Source: Toensbergia leucococca (lineage: Eukaryota). Taken from it: a stretch of 31,497 nt of DNA. Both the position numbers and the translations under genes were made by a program. The notes under the pieces were generated by a model. That model saw only the letters and a program-made list of their open reading frames with translations, searched no databases and was not told the origin of the DNA. Each line of letters starts with the position of its first letter. Positions within the stretch are counted from its first letter, which is position 1. Location of the stretch: NCBI GenBank assembly GCA_022813965.1, contig JALDZS010000086.1, positions 62,001 through 93,497 of the forward strand. The letters are read 5' to 3'. This document shows, piece by piece, positions 10,550-21,885 of the stretch.

Positions 10550-11602
10550 ATGTACAAAGCAGCGCCACGCTCTTTACTTCGTCAGTCACTACCCTTACTG
10601 CGACGAACCCCTCGTCAGCGCCTCCTAAGCACAGCGCCACCCTCGCAAAAGTCACGCAGCTGGAAAAGCAGCGCAGCACGATGGGGACTCGCAATAGGAG
10701 GAATATACTACTATAATACTAGCAATGTGTTTGCTGAAGAGCCCGCCTGTCCGTCCTTCTTCTGCTCTCTGGATATTCTCAGCTAAATTATCCTAGACTC
10801 GCTCGCACAGCCAAGCGACGAAGGCGACACCTCTCTTCCTACAATAGAGTCAATATCCTCATCACGGCGGAAAGTATCTTCATCAATATCCTCTGATACA
10901 ACTCTTCCATCAAATTCACCCCTCCCCCAAACCCCCGCCACAACAACAGCTATCCCCGAAACCGCCCCCTCACACGACGGTCCCGAAACTCCTTCCGAAC
11001 ACGAGGAGGAAGCCTCGCAGCAAGGTGCATTCAACGAAGAAACTGGCGAAATAAACTGGGACTGTCCCTGCCTAGGTGGTATGGCACACGGCCCTTGCGG
11101 AGAACAATTCCGCGCCGCATTCAGCTGTTTTGTGTATTCCAAGGACGAACCAAAGGGGATGGACTGCATTGATAATTTCAAGTAAGTGTGCTTCATTCGA
11201 GATATTTCAACCTTTCCCGAGAACTCAACGATTTTGTTATGAAATCCGCGAGACTGACTTTTTGGGCCACTAAACAGAAATATGCAAGACTGCTTCCGTC
11301 TTCACCCCGACATCTACGGCGCCGAACTAGACTCCGACGATCTAGAAGAACCTGATATCGATTCCAACACCAATGCGGAATTGCAAATCGCCGAAACCCT
11401 ATCCACCTCTCCGGAGGCCACCTCAGCTATCCAACCAATCCCTCCGTCATCAGGATTTGACAAGCCTCGAGCCTCCTCCGAAGGAACCAACGCCTCGCAC
11501 ACAAACGGCGCAACGGCGCAGATAGCACAAGACAATGTTGTTCAGAGCGAAAGCGATGAATTGGTGCCCAAGGCGGCTCACGATGCTACTGAAGCTAAGT
11601 AG
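10550..11602 (+). CDS. MIA40: Mitochondrial intermembrane space import and assembly protein 40
   Basis: Exons about 10550-10748, 10797-11181, 11278-11602. Arg-rich presequence plus a hydrophobic anchor, then [63 protein letters not shown] (CPC plus twin CX9C). Confidence 0.96.
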
Positions 11603-13036
11603 GAAGGTCCGTGTAAGTAATGGGAATGTATCAATTGTTGTACCATATGTGTGTTGCATTTCAAGGGTGCGTACTGGAAATGGCGGTATTATATGTAGGA
11701 TACTACTATTAAAAGGGGTAGATAGCACTCCATTCCATTCGGACTGATTTTCACGAGTTTCTCTGGGTAGCGAGATCACACCGCACGAAGCTCATTTTGC
11801 TTAGAAACTCGTCGAAAGAAAGTTGAGCAAAGCAAGAAAAAGCGCAAGGATACTCTACTGGTCTTTTACCATGCCTCCGGCCTCTAGTCTCGGTCCCCCA
11901 CAAATTGGGATCTCAGGGAAGAACAAGCCCAGAGCCTTGGTCTACACTATGCCTAGCAGAATCAGGACCGAAAATAGCCCGAAGCAATACAAAAGTTCCA
12001 TCCAGCTCCCCACTTCAGGATCCCATTTCCGGACCCCATCCCACGCAAGAAACAAGGCGCTTTACATTCACGACCATGATAGGAAATCCACACCAAGCAC
12101 ACAAACGATGCTCAAGTCCAACAACACTATCAAACGCCCATGTCTCCACAACCCCTCCCCCCCCCAACAAAAAAAGATCAAACACTCCATCTTCCTTCGT
12201 CGCTGAGCTTCACCACCGCCAACAAAGCCGCACCCCCCTCTCCATATCCGCAGTCTCAAATGCAAAAAAAGTGAACCTCTCCTCCACCAGTACCTCCATC
12301 AATGCCGAGGCCACTCACCCCCTCCCTCTCAATCCTCCACTCCACCCTTCCCCACCAACCACCCCCACTTCCTAGGTATCCCCCACACCACCCCTCTCAT
12401 TAGCTACGTGGAACCTCCCCTGGGAGAGTGCGGTTTTGAGGGGAGGGGGAGGATGTAGAAGCGATGGATTGGAGGATTGAGGGTTGGATTGTGGGGGAGG
12501 TGGGGTGTTTGGTCTATGCTCACAGACACTGGTTTCTTGGAATCTTGGCTCGGTGTTTTTGAGGAAGGTTTGGAGGGGATGGGTGAGATGTGAGGTTTTT
12601 TTTTTTGAAATCCTTCGTTTGCCGCTCTCATGTGTTCATCTGTTCCCCTGGTCCTCTTTCACATCTTAATCACAACCTCCCCTCCCATCAACTCCCTCAG
12701 CATCAACTCCCCCAGCATCAACTCCCCCCCCCCAAGCCCCCCCTACCCTAAAAAGTCCAATCAACTCCCCCCCTCCAACCACCTGCACATCTTCTCAATC
12801 AACCCAACCAACCCATCTTCATCATCAAAAAACATCTTCTATCCCCAAATCTCCCCCTTCTCACCCTCAACTCTCATCCTCCCTTGCGCATTTAAAGACC
12901 AAACCTCCTCATCTCAAACCCCCCAAAAAAAGAACCACACTTCCTCACCTCCTCATCTCAACTCCACATCCAAACCCCGCCCTCCTCTAAACCAACCTTT
13001 CAACCCACCAACCCATCCAAATTGAACGCCCTCCAT

Positions 13037-13101
13037 CCCCTCTTCCCCCTTCCCCCTTCCCCCTTCCCCCTTCCCCCTTCCCCTTCCCCCTCCCCCTCCC
13101 C
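13037..13101 (+). repeat. (TTCCCCC)n-type pyrimidine tandem repeat; G-quadruplex-prone on the minus strand
   Basis: About 9 consecutive C4-5 runs separated by T or TT. Confidence 0.8.
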
Positions 13102-13650
13102 CACAAACCCCTCTCCCTCTCCCCCCCCCCAAAACCCCACCCTTCCAAAAAAGATCCCACCCTACCAAATTCCGAATCCTCATAGTCTGAGTCTCTGCTA
13201 CACGCCCCCGCTGTGACACACAAATTTCCTGTTTTGAGGGGAGATGGATGGGGCTGGTCCGTTGTTGCTTTGGTGTAGTGGTTTGTGTTAGGGGAAGGGT
13301 TGGGTGCTGGAGAGTGTGAGGGTGTATAGGCTGAAGAGGGGGAGAGGGAAATGGAAAGGGGGGTGGGTTGTTTTGGTTGGGGGGGGGAGGGGGGGTAATG
13401 CAGTGACTTGATGGCGGATGATACGATTCCGGATTCATATCCTGCATTTCATCAAAAGCTTCATCAAATCGTGCAGGGTGAAAAAAAAAGGCCATTCCAG
13501 CTCCTCAGACTCACAGTTTTAGAACCCAGCCAACCTCTTTTCAACCCTCCAACACCTAATTTCTCTCATCCACCACCTCCCACATCCCAACCCACTAGCA
13601 CAATTACTCCCCCCACCCTGCTCCCCCTCTCGCCGCCCTCCCACCCAATT

Positions 13651-14427
13651 TCATTCAATCAAAGCCCCCATCCCATCCCTCTCCCCTTCCCTCCCACTCC
13701 CTACAAACCCTAGCTTCCGAAGCCGAACATACTCCATCCGACACTCCATCGCCTCCGTCTCCGCACAGCGATACAAAGCCGTCCACTCATGCTTCGTCTG
13801 ATACAAGCGCAGGGCATGAATGTACTAAATTCCCCATCGCCAAAGGAACAACATTCATCAGCATTCAAACCCATCCACCATTAAAAAAGGAGAGGGAAAA
13901 AAAACTTGAAAAGAAAAAACTCATCCTCCCTTACCTCGTCCCCACCAACAGTAAAGCGATGCCATATCCCCCTCGGCAAAACCACCAAATCCCCCTCAAT
14001 AACCGCAACCCTGATCCACATCTCATCCCCGTGATCCCTCACATCAAAATATCCCGCGCCTGCAATCACATACCTCACCTCCTCATCTTCGTGCATATGC
14101 TCGGCATAAAAACTTGCCGTCTTTTCGGCGTAGGCGGTGGCGTCTGTGGTAGAGGGGGTGAGGGTGATTTCGTCCGGAAGGGTGTAGTTGCGGTGTTTTG
14201 CGAATGCGGAGATGAGGGAGGGTGAGGTTGGGGAGGAGGGGGGCAAGGGGTGGTGGATGAGGCCGAGAGAGGAGAGGTAGCTTTGTGGGAGGGAGATACC
14301 GGAGTTGTGAGGGAGACGGGAGTCGCCCTGGTAGTGAGGAGGATTAGTTTTGGGGGGGGGGGAAGGGTTTGGGTAGGAGGAATGGGGGAGGGCTTGCGGG
14401 GAGGTTGTCGTGGTAGTAGATTTTCAT
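13651..14427 (-). CDS. ADI1: Acireductone dioxygenase (ARD, methionine salvage), divergent
   Basis: Exons 14427-14398, 14327-13935, 13824-13651. Protein: MKIYYHDNLP-GDSRLPHNSG...FYAEHMHEDEEVRYVIAGAGYFDVRD...WIRVAVIEGDLVVLPRGIWHRFT...-YIHALRLYQTKHEWTALYR. The cupin metal ligands (HxH, E, H) are intact. Confidence 0.9.
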
Positions 14428-15389
14428 TTCTTTCTTTTCGTGGGGGTGGGAATGTTTGGAGATGGGTCTGGTGCTTATAATGGTCTTAAGAACGGTGAAT
14501 TGTTGAGAAATACTTGAGAGATATTGGGGGCGTAATGAGAAAAGGTTAGCCACCAGAGGGTAGCAAGTCAGCGAAGCACTATTTGATTCTTTGGCTCCTC
14601 GGCAGTAAAGACTATCAGCCAGTGATGTTGTTGAGGGATACGAGAATGGTCAAAAAAACGTGCTGCACACATGTCGCTATCCGAAGGGTAACATCAACGA
14701 AACGTAAAAGATAGCTCTGTTGATTTGTTTTCTACTCCTAGCATGCAGTAAAATCACCATCGGTGAGTTGAGCAAGTCACTTGTTAATTCTGAAATAAGT
14801 ACGATGCCGTTCGAAGCCCGCTTGAGCCTGGTCTTGATTTCATACTTGCCAGAGTCCTACCTGTCAGTGTATTTGATGTACGCGGTGTATTCTACCATGT
14901 CTGCATTAAACAGTGGCGTGGATAGGAACAAGAAAATGAGAGGACAATACAATGGCAAATCGAGTGACATTGATATCTCTGCAACTCAGGCATCGATGTT
15001 CATAAAAATTGTGTTGTAAAAGACAATGGCAAAGGCAGCAGGAGATGACCCACCCGTATTGGAGATTTGGAGAAATCGATGCAAGTCGTACATATTGAGT
15101 CATCATTGACTATGCACGATCCGAAGATGTTACACAAAGAGGGGATGTGCGTTGGACTGCATCGCATGACGCAATACCTTTGACCAGTAATCTGTTATGA
15201 ATATTAGAAGCGGAGACGTTGAACTATCCTGCACACGACTCGTCGTCTGATCTTCATAAATCTGACGCACCATCCAAGGAAGCATATTTTCGCTTTCGTC
15301 TCTGTTTTGGTCCAAACAAAATCAACGAAATTTGCTGCAATTCTCTGTTGATTTGCGGGGTGGAAGAGAGGCTCAGAGACCTGCAAACG

Positions 15390-17217
15390 ATGATAGACTG
15401 CTGCATGCCTAACGGCGAGGTAAGAGGATCTCCGACTGATGATGAAGAGGACAGTGATTAATGGCCAACCAATCTCCAGTCAAATATTTTCAAGGTGGTT
15501 ATTGTGGGCTGTGGCCTAGGTGAGGATTCTTCGCCAGAAGCAATTGATAATATTTCAATCGACTAAGCCCTATCGTGATTGCTTTGTCTTGAAGGCGGCT
15601 TGTCTTGCGCGATATCATGTCTCCGAAATGGGTTGAAAGTAGTGATTTTGGAGAAGGTCAAGGAAATCAAAGAAGTAAGCAGTAGGAAACTTATCTTGAA
15701 AGTCCCATCGAGTCTTAAAAGCATCGCAGATTGGCGCGGGCATTGATCTCCCACCGAATGCCATGCGAGTCATGTATGATTATGGCTTGGTCGAGAAGCT
15801 TGAGGAAGCTGGTGCGGTGAAAGTGGAGGCTCACATCCTCCACCGCTATTCTGATGGAGAGATCATCGCTACTCGACCAGCTAGTAACTGGTCAATGAAG
15901 AGCTTTGGCCTCCCGTGGTAGTACGTCGGCGAAGGTATATCATATCGTTCTCTTGCTAATCGCCAGCAACAATCAGTGCAATCCATCGGGCGGATTACCA
16001 TCAAGTACTCTTCGAGGAAGCTATTAGACTTGGGGTGGACATGCGTCTGCATTGCAACATATCGAGTATTGATTGTGGGTCGTCAACTGTCGTACTTGAT
16101 ACTGGAGAGCAAATATGTGCCGACGTTATAGTGGGAGCCGATGGTGAGACGACTCATGGAGCTGCTTCAGCTGTCCTCACAGCAATTGCTTAGACACGAA
16201 TGGCAGGTCTTTGGTCAATAACTCGAGGCCAGATCCTAGAAGATCAAGCCAGTCCTACCGAGACAGGAGATTTGGCGTATCGTGCAGTCATTCCAAGAAG
16301 CCAGGTAGAAGGTCTTAACGATCCTTGCCTCGAACCGTTGCTGGCAGGTGGTGCTTCACGATTTTGGCTTGGCCCTGGGGGACTGTGTGTTTTATACTAC
16401 GTCCGAAAGGAGTCCTTGTTCAACGTCGCCCTCGTGTTTGTCACACCTCGCGATTCATTCTATTCTTGAGTTGATTCTTCTTTCAGCCGGCCGGACGAAC
16501 TTCTTCCTGGGGTTTATACTTCTCACGGAGATATTCAAGAGTTGCGAGACACTGTTAAAGACTGGGATCCAAGGTAATCAAGACAGTCTTTGAGCATGGA
16601 AGTCTTTAAAAAACACGGTCTGATAGCCTTAGGCTCAAAGCGATTATATCATGTATTGATGGTGAGGTTTCGAAGTGGAAGCTCTTGCAAATGTCTGAGC
16701 TAAAATCTTGGACCAGGGTAAGAAGCTCATACTTTTGTTCAGTCTCCTAGCAGTGTAATGAATACTATCGCACACCTAGGGATGCACGGTACTCGTTGGC
16801 GACTCATGCCATCCCACGCTTCCATATCTAGCCCAAGGCGCCGCCATGGCTGTTGAAGATGGAGCAGTCTTGGGTGCACTACTCGGCCACCTTGTCAAAA
16901 GCCCAGTCATTGATCCAACTACCCGTCACTCTCACGTCCCCGCCGTTTTGAGCTTGTATGAGTCGCTCCGCAAAAGTCGAACAACGCGAAGCGTCCAAGC
17001 GGCCGCTCAAATCAAGACCATGTACCAATTGAAGGACGGAGCGGAAAGCGAAGCTCGTGATAGAACGCTTGGCGGGATAGATTGGTGCGAATGGTCTGGT
17101 AAGTGCGAGTGGAAATGGGGGAACGTTCAATTTCTTCGGGAGCTTTGGGGCTTCGATTCAGTCGCCGAGGCCAATGATGTCTTTCACAACTGGGTTGGCA
17201 GCATGGATAGAGAATGA
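15390..17217 (+). CDS. FAD-dependent monooxygenase (salicylate hydroxylase-like, group A), nine exons
   Basis: Spliced: MIDCCMPNGE-SNIFKVVIVGCGL-GGLSCA...E-IGAGIDLPPNA...IHRADYH...VIVGAD-GLWS...TGDLAYR...DWDP-R...GDSCHPTLPYLAQGAAMAVEDG. All three FAD fingerprints are present and the frame is maintained across the introns. The start could be 15390 or 15405. Confidence 0.9.
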
Positions 17218-18155
17218 AAGAGCTGAGTGTAGATGGTGAAAAAGAGTATGTAAAGAAAAAGGATAGCTCAACCTATCGCGAGTTTGACCAAAGGAGAATC
17301 CTTTGTTCATGTTGTACGAATATTTCCATAAGATGCACTGAGATCACTTCACGCACCAAGATTGTTGGAGGACTGAAGGACTTACGTCCCCCATCCATAC
17401 ATGCCACATTTAGGTAACGTGTTCATGTAAGGCAGTGAAGACGAATGTAAGAGTACTGCTGAGATGGAGTAGGTACTTGATCTCAAACCCATTTTAGCCT
17501 TCAACTAGACTCAGCATAGTGTAGCCGATCCGTTTTGATTCCTCGATTGCACTTAATTTTAGTTCTACCCGCCACTATTCTATCTCAAGCCCCCCTCCCC
17601 CTTACCTACACCACTACTCGTACACCTCCTCCACATTTAATCTAGCAAAGTACCAAGGTCCCATTCAACCACTGGCCAATCTTGGCCATAGATGGAACAC
17701 ACTTATCGCCTAACAAAAATCAACGGGCCCCGACACTGATATCTCATGAATCAGTACTTGTACTTCTCCAGCCATTGGCCTTCAATGCTGCACACCGAGC
17801 ATCGCAGGATTGCCGAGGATTCGCCTGTAGCCTACTTAGCTATCGATGCAACTCTCTACGCTTGTTTATACCACTCAAAACTTAATTATCCAACACAAAA
17901 CCTTCTGTTTCAGGCATTGTAACCTCATCGACATAATGCCTAATTTCGCGGGGTACGAGATTGCACTGTGTGGTCCATCAAAACATTGTGATTGCCCTCT
18001 CCGCAAATGTTTCTCTTACTTGTCATTTTTTTGCGTCATTTCATTCTTGCCTCTCTTATTGATCTCCATGGTACTTTTTCTAATCAAAATCCCCTCTCCT
18101 GATTTGTCATTGGGCTTCTACGCGCCTTGTAACACTGTTGAATTCTACGAGCAAC

Positions 18156-19515
18156 ATGGGTCGCTCGGGTGCTTCAGTTCAAGGCGATACAGACTTCCAC
18201 CTCTATAAGAGTGATCAGAGAGAGTTAGTAGGCTCTTCAATAAGTCTATTATTATTATCCACCATCGCCCTAGCACTCCGTCTGGTATCCAGAAGGTTAT
18301 CAAAAGCTCAAATACGATCGGATGACTGGGTAGTAATTGTAGGACTGGTATGTTCGAGCAGAATATGAAATCCGCTCTCAGCCACGAGCGAACCTCATCA
18401 CTACACAGATACTATCTTATGGACCATGTGTTGCCAACATCTACCTGGCCTATAGCACATTCGAAGGCGACGGTCCAATTGCAAGCCTGGTCTCCGAGTC
18501 TAGCTTCCACGAGATCCTATATATAATCCAGAACTTCTACGTAAGCTCTTTGTCGCTCACCAAGATTTCAATCCTGCTTTTCTATCGTCGACTCTTCCCA
18601 ACCCCTCAGTTTAAGCGTCCTTTGATTATCATGGGCGCCTTGGTCACCGCATGGTGGCTAGCGTCTGGCGTGGCTACCATTCTCGAATGTATTCCAATCC
18701 AGGCTTTCTGGAATACATCCGTCTCCGGTCACTGTTTCAACCTCCAAGCCTTCTTTATTGGAACCATTGTTCCTAGCATCGTCATTGGTGAGATGCAAAT
18801 TACCTCTTCCCAGATCCGAGACTCATCTCTGATAAATGGACGAATCAGATATTATCATACTAATAATGCCAATGCCTCTCATCTGGAATATACATATTGA
18901 AAGATCCCAAAAGCTTTCCATGTGCGGCATCTTCGCACTCGGCGGATTGTAAGGGCGATTGCTATCGTGGTTCTACCGCACTCGCTGACAATCACCAAGC
19001 GAATGCGTAACCGCAATAGTCCACCTCGTCTATCTCGTTCGGACTACCCAGGTCAACGGCTCCTGTAAGCTCCCCATTACACCACGCAACCCAACCACTA
19101 ACCCAACACCCAAGCCTACTACGTCGACGCAATGGTCTGGACAGCAGTCGAACCCAGCATCGGCGTCGTAAGTGCCTGCCTGCCAAGCATGCGCCCACTC
19201 CTTTCCCTCCTCCTAAAACACCTCCCCGACTCCATCCAAAAACTGCCCCTGCGAACCACCCCCAACGGAACAGCCATATCAACCAAAACATACTGGCCCA
19301 ACAGAGCCGCAGCCGACAGGAAAGAGGGGAGCTTCTCAACACTGGACTCGCCGCTCGGAAGCGACATGTCGTGGGGCAACGACGCGACAGCTTATGCACA
19401 ACGGATGAGCCAGAGATCGCAGTCGGATGACCCCCTTGTCGCGGCGGAGATGGGCCTGCCGACAGATGGGATTCGCGTGAAGAAAGAGTTTCGATGGTCG
19501 AAGCGGACGGCATGA
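18156..19515 (+). CDS. Pth11-like (fungal rhodopsin-domain) integral membrane protein without CFEM
   Basis: Five exons. Motifs LALRLVSRR...SDDW, LTKISILLFYRRLF, ECIPIQAFWN, DIIILIMPMPLIW and WTAVEPSIGVVSACLPSMRPLL, then a Ser-rich tail. Confidence 0.88.
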
Positions 19516-20129
19516 TTTTGGGGATGCCCCCTTTCTTTTGGGCTGCGACGTGGTTTACGACCGTCGATGATCTTACGCTTGTACATTTACCCCCTATGGG
19601 AGAGATGTATTCAGAGTTTCTCCCAGCTGTTGTCCATTGTATATATATCTTATATCAACAGAAAATTCCTTCAATGCCTTATACCTGCCTTATTTATCCG
19701 TCTTGAATGAAATCAAAACTTTTGTATTATCCTCTACCAGGGCTGGGCCGACGAAGATGCAGCTTTTGTGTTCGAAATACCTGCTAACGAGCCCGGCTTG
19801 CAGGTATTCGGTCAAGTCTACTTAGAGATCTCCATCGCAAAAGAACCAGGGATTTCTAATGTTCACGCGTGGATTTCTAGACCCCTACAAAGATGAACCT
19901 CGTTGCACTCAGCCTCTCCCCGCCCTCGCCATTAGATCAGACTCTGTTTATCTTTCTATCTATCTATCTAACGCGATTGAGACACTGCACTTCTAAGGAA
20001 GGAAGCTCATGGCGCACGCAATGCTCAGCTTCTACATTGGTATATCAAAGAGTGCTTTGTTAGGGGTGGTAGGGGATGTGAATATTGCGGCGACGCTGCG
20101 TGGATGGATCTGAATCTAAGGGTGTGGGT

Positions 20130-20310
20130 GAATCCATGGGCTGGGAAAGGGGGGTTTGGGGATGGGGTTGGGTTTGGGGATGTGGATGGGGGTGGGGGTT
20201 TGTTGGGGTCTGTTGGGGTTTGTTCTGTAGGTGGAGATGGAGAGAGAGAGGAAGGGGGGGTAGAGAGATAGAGAGGTATAGAGATGGAGCGATGGAGAGA
20301 TGGAGAGATG
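20130..20310 (+). repeat. G-rich low-complexity tract (G-run array followed by GAGA/GAGAT purine repeats)
   Basis: ggggtttggggatggggttgggtttggggatg...; gagatggagagatggagagatg. Confidence 0.7.
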
Positions 20311-20487
20311 ATCTATAGGGAGAATTTATGAGTAGTGATGCTTGGTATTCGAAATCGGTCCATAAGGATTCTAGTGGCTAGTTTACCAATCAAGCGCTGA
20401 CTTGTAAGTGAAAATGTTGCTTAATTCCCACCATTTACTCAATCTTGCTGCCATTGTAATATCATCCGCCTTCTGTGTTCATTCGCA

Positions 20488-21334
20488 ATGGACTGTGCAA
20501 ACATGCCTGCCATCGTTACCATACCGGGTGCTCGGCACGGACCCCAATATTTCGACATGGTAATCAGCAAGCTTCATGCCTAAGGCTACCCTGCTGTCAG
20601 TGTAAAATTCCTGAGCGTGGGTGCAGAATCTCCGGACCTGACGGCGGACGACGATCTTGAGCTAATCTGGGCCGAGGTACTGCTGCCGTAGAATGAAAAG
20701 GAAGACAAAGACTTTCCTCTAAATATGCACTCTTATGCTGGGGTGCCGGATAGTGGTAGCATCAGAGGCCTTAGCAAACAGGAAAGAATGAAAAGGGGTC
20801 AGAGGGGAGGGATTATTGGACTGGTGTATATGGCGACGTAAGCTATACCGGAAGGTGTCAGCATGGGAGAGATTCCGTTATATCGGGAGTTGGCTTTGCG
20901 AGTGACGGTAAAGGTCTGTTTTCTTTCTTCATTCTTCCTCGTTTCAGCTTTATGGGCCCTTTGCCGTGATTGAGAATCTCGTTGGCTTTTGGCAGCGCAA
21001 TTACATAAGCGTGGACAACGCCGAAGAGAACCTTTACAACGACATCGATCCCGAAATAGCTTCCAAATGGGCCAAAGAGCTCAATCATCAATCACGAGGA
21101 GTCTTTCAAACGAAATCAAGGTACGCTCCTTGGGACGATGCGGTGTATGAAGGTAGATGCACGTATTTTAAATGTGAGAAGGACTTGACGATTCCAGTCG
21201 AAGTTCATGAGGGTTGGGCTGCAGCGGGTAACATGTCGCGAGAGCTACTGAACTCTGGACATTCGCCGTTTTTGAGTATGCCGGATAAGTTGGTTGAGGC
21301 TATCATCAAAACCGCGGAAGCTAGAATAGTCTGA
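20488..21334 (+). pseudogene. Alpha/beta-hydrolase (Abhydrolase_6 / methylesterase-like) pseudogene
   Basis: From ATG 20488: PAIVTIPGARHGP...LHA*GYPAV...LLP*...MHSYAG...GGIIGLVYMAT*AIPEG. In-frame stops at 20581, 20689 and 20839. The 3' exon has CEKDLTIP...SGHSPFLSMPDKL (catalytic Asp/His region). Confidence 0.85.
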
Positions 21335-21885
21335 ATAGGTGTGATTAGCTGATGCGTTTTGGCAGAATGTCTCAATTCTTCCGAAACTTGTTTCATGTGC
21401 GTAGAAAACGATGTCCTCCCGACGTAGACAGAGAGACACCAATGCAATTTTGTAGTAAACTTCAAGGCTCTTCAAGGTAGAGTGAACAATGCATGTGCAA
21501 TCGAGGGATTAATATGGGTCTAGCGAGCGGTTCATGATTTTGGTCTGTATGAGCTCCAAGCTTCAGGTTAGCCTGAGAGGAATGAGATATGGAGGCAATG
21601 TCTGCCTCGGTTTTTGGCGACGTGTTGGAGAGATGTGATTTATTGTGGAAGACGGAGTGGGGGAGAGAGAGGCTTCACATGAGATATTCTAGAATATGCA
21701 AAGTGGCCCGTGCGCGGGTTACCGTTACGAAACTTTACCGTCGTATTTACCCTCCCGTAGAGAACCAACCGAAGCTCTCCCACTCTTCCTCTTTTTCTTT
21801 CGTTTCACCCCCATCTACTTGACTGATTGACTCTCTACTTCTTTGACACATCAACTATTTCATACCTCTCCTTTAGCATCGTACC

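Noticed and set aside
11857..11872. U5 snRNA loop-like TGGTCTTTTACCA
   Set aside because: Lacks the invariant GCCTTTTAC loop, the flanking long stem and an Sm site.
12740..12755. Telomerase template-like CCCTACCCTAA
   Set aside because: One A short of TAACCCTAA, embedded in a C-rich tract, and downstream of the pseudoknot-like stem; insufficient to call telomerase RNA.
11823..13713. Numerous Pro/Gly-rich ORFs on both strands
   Set aside because: Explained by C-rich/G-rich low complexity that lacks stop codons.
15461..15521. Apparent frameshift at the monooxygenase start (ATG 15461 out of frame)
   Set aside because: Resolved by an upstream exon (15390-15419) and intron 15420-15479; the gene appears intact.
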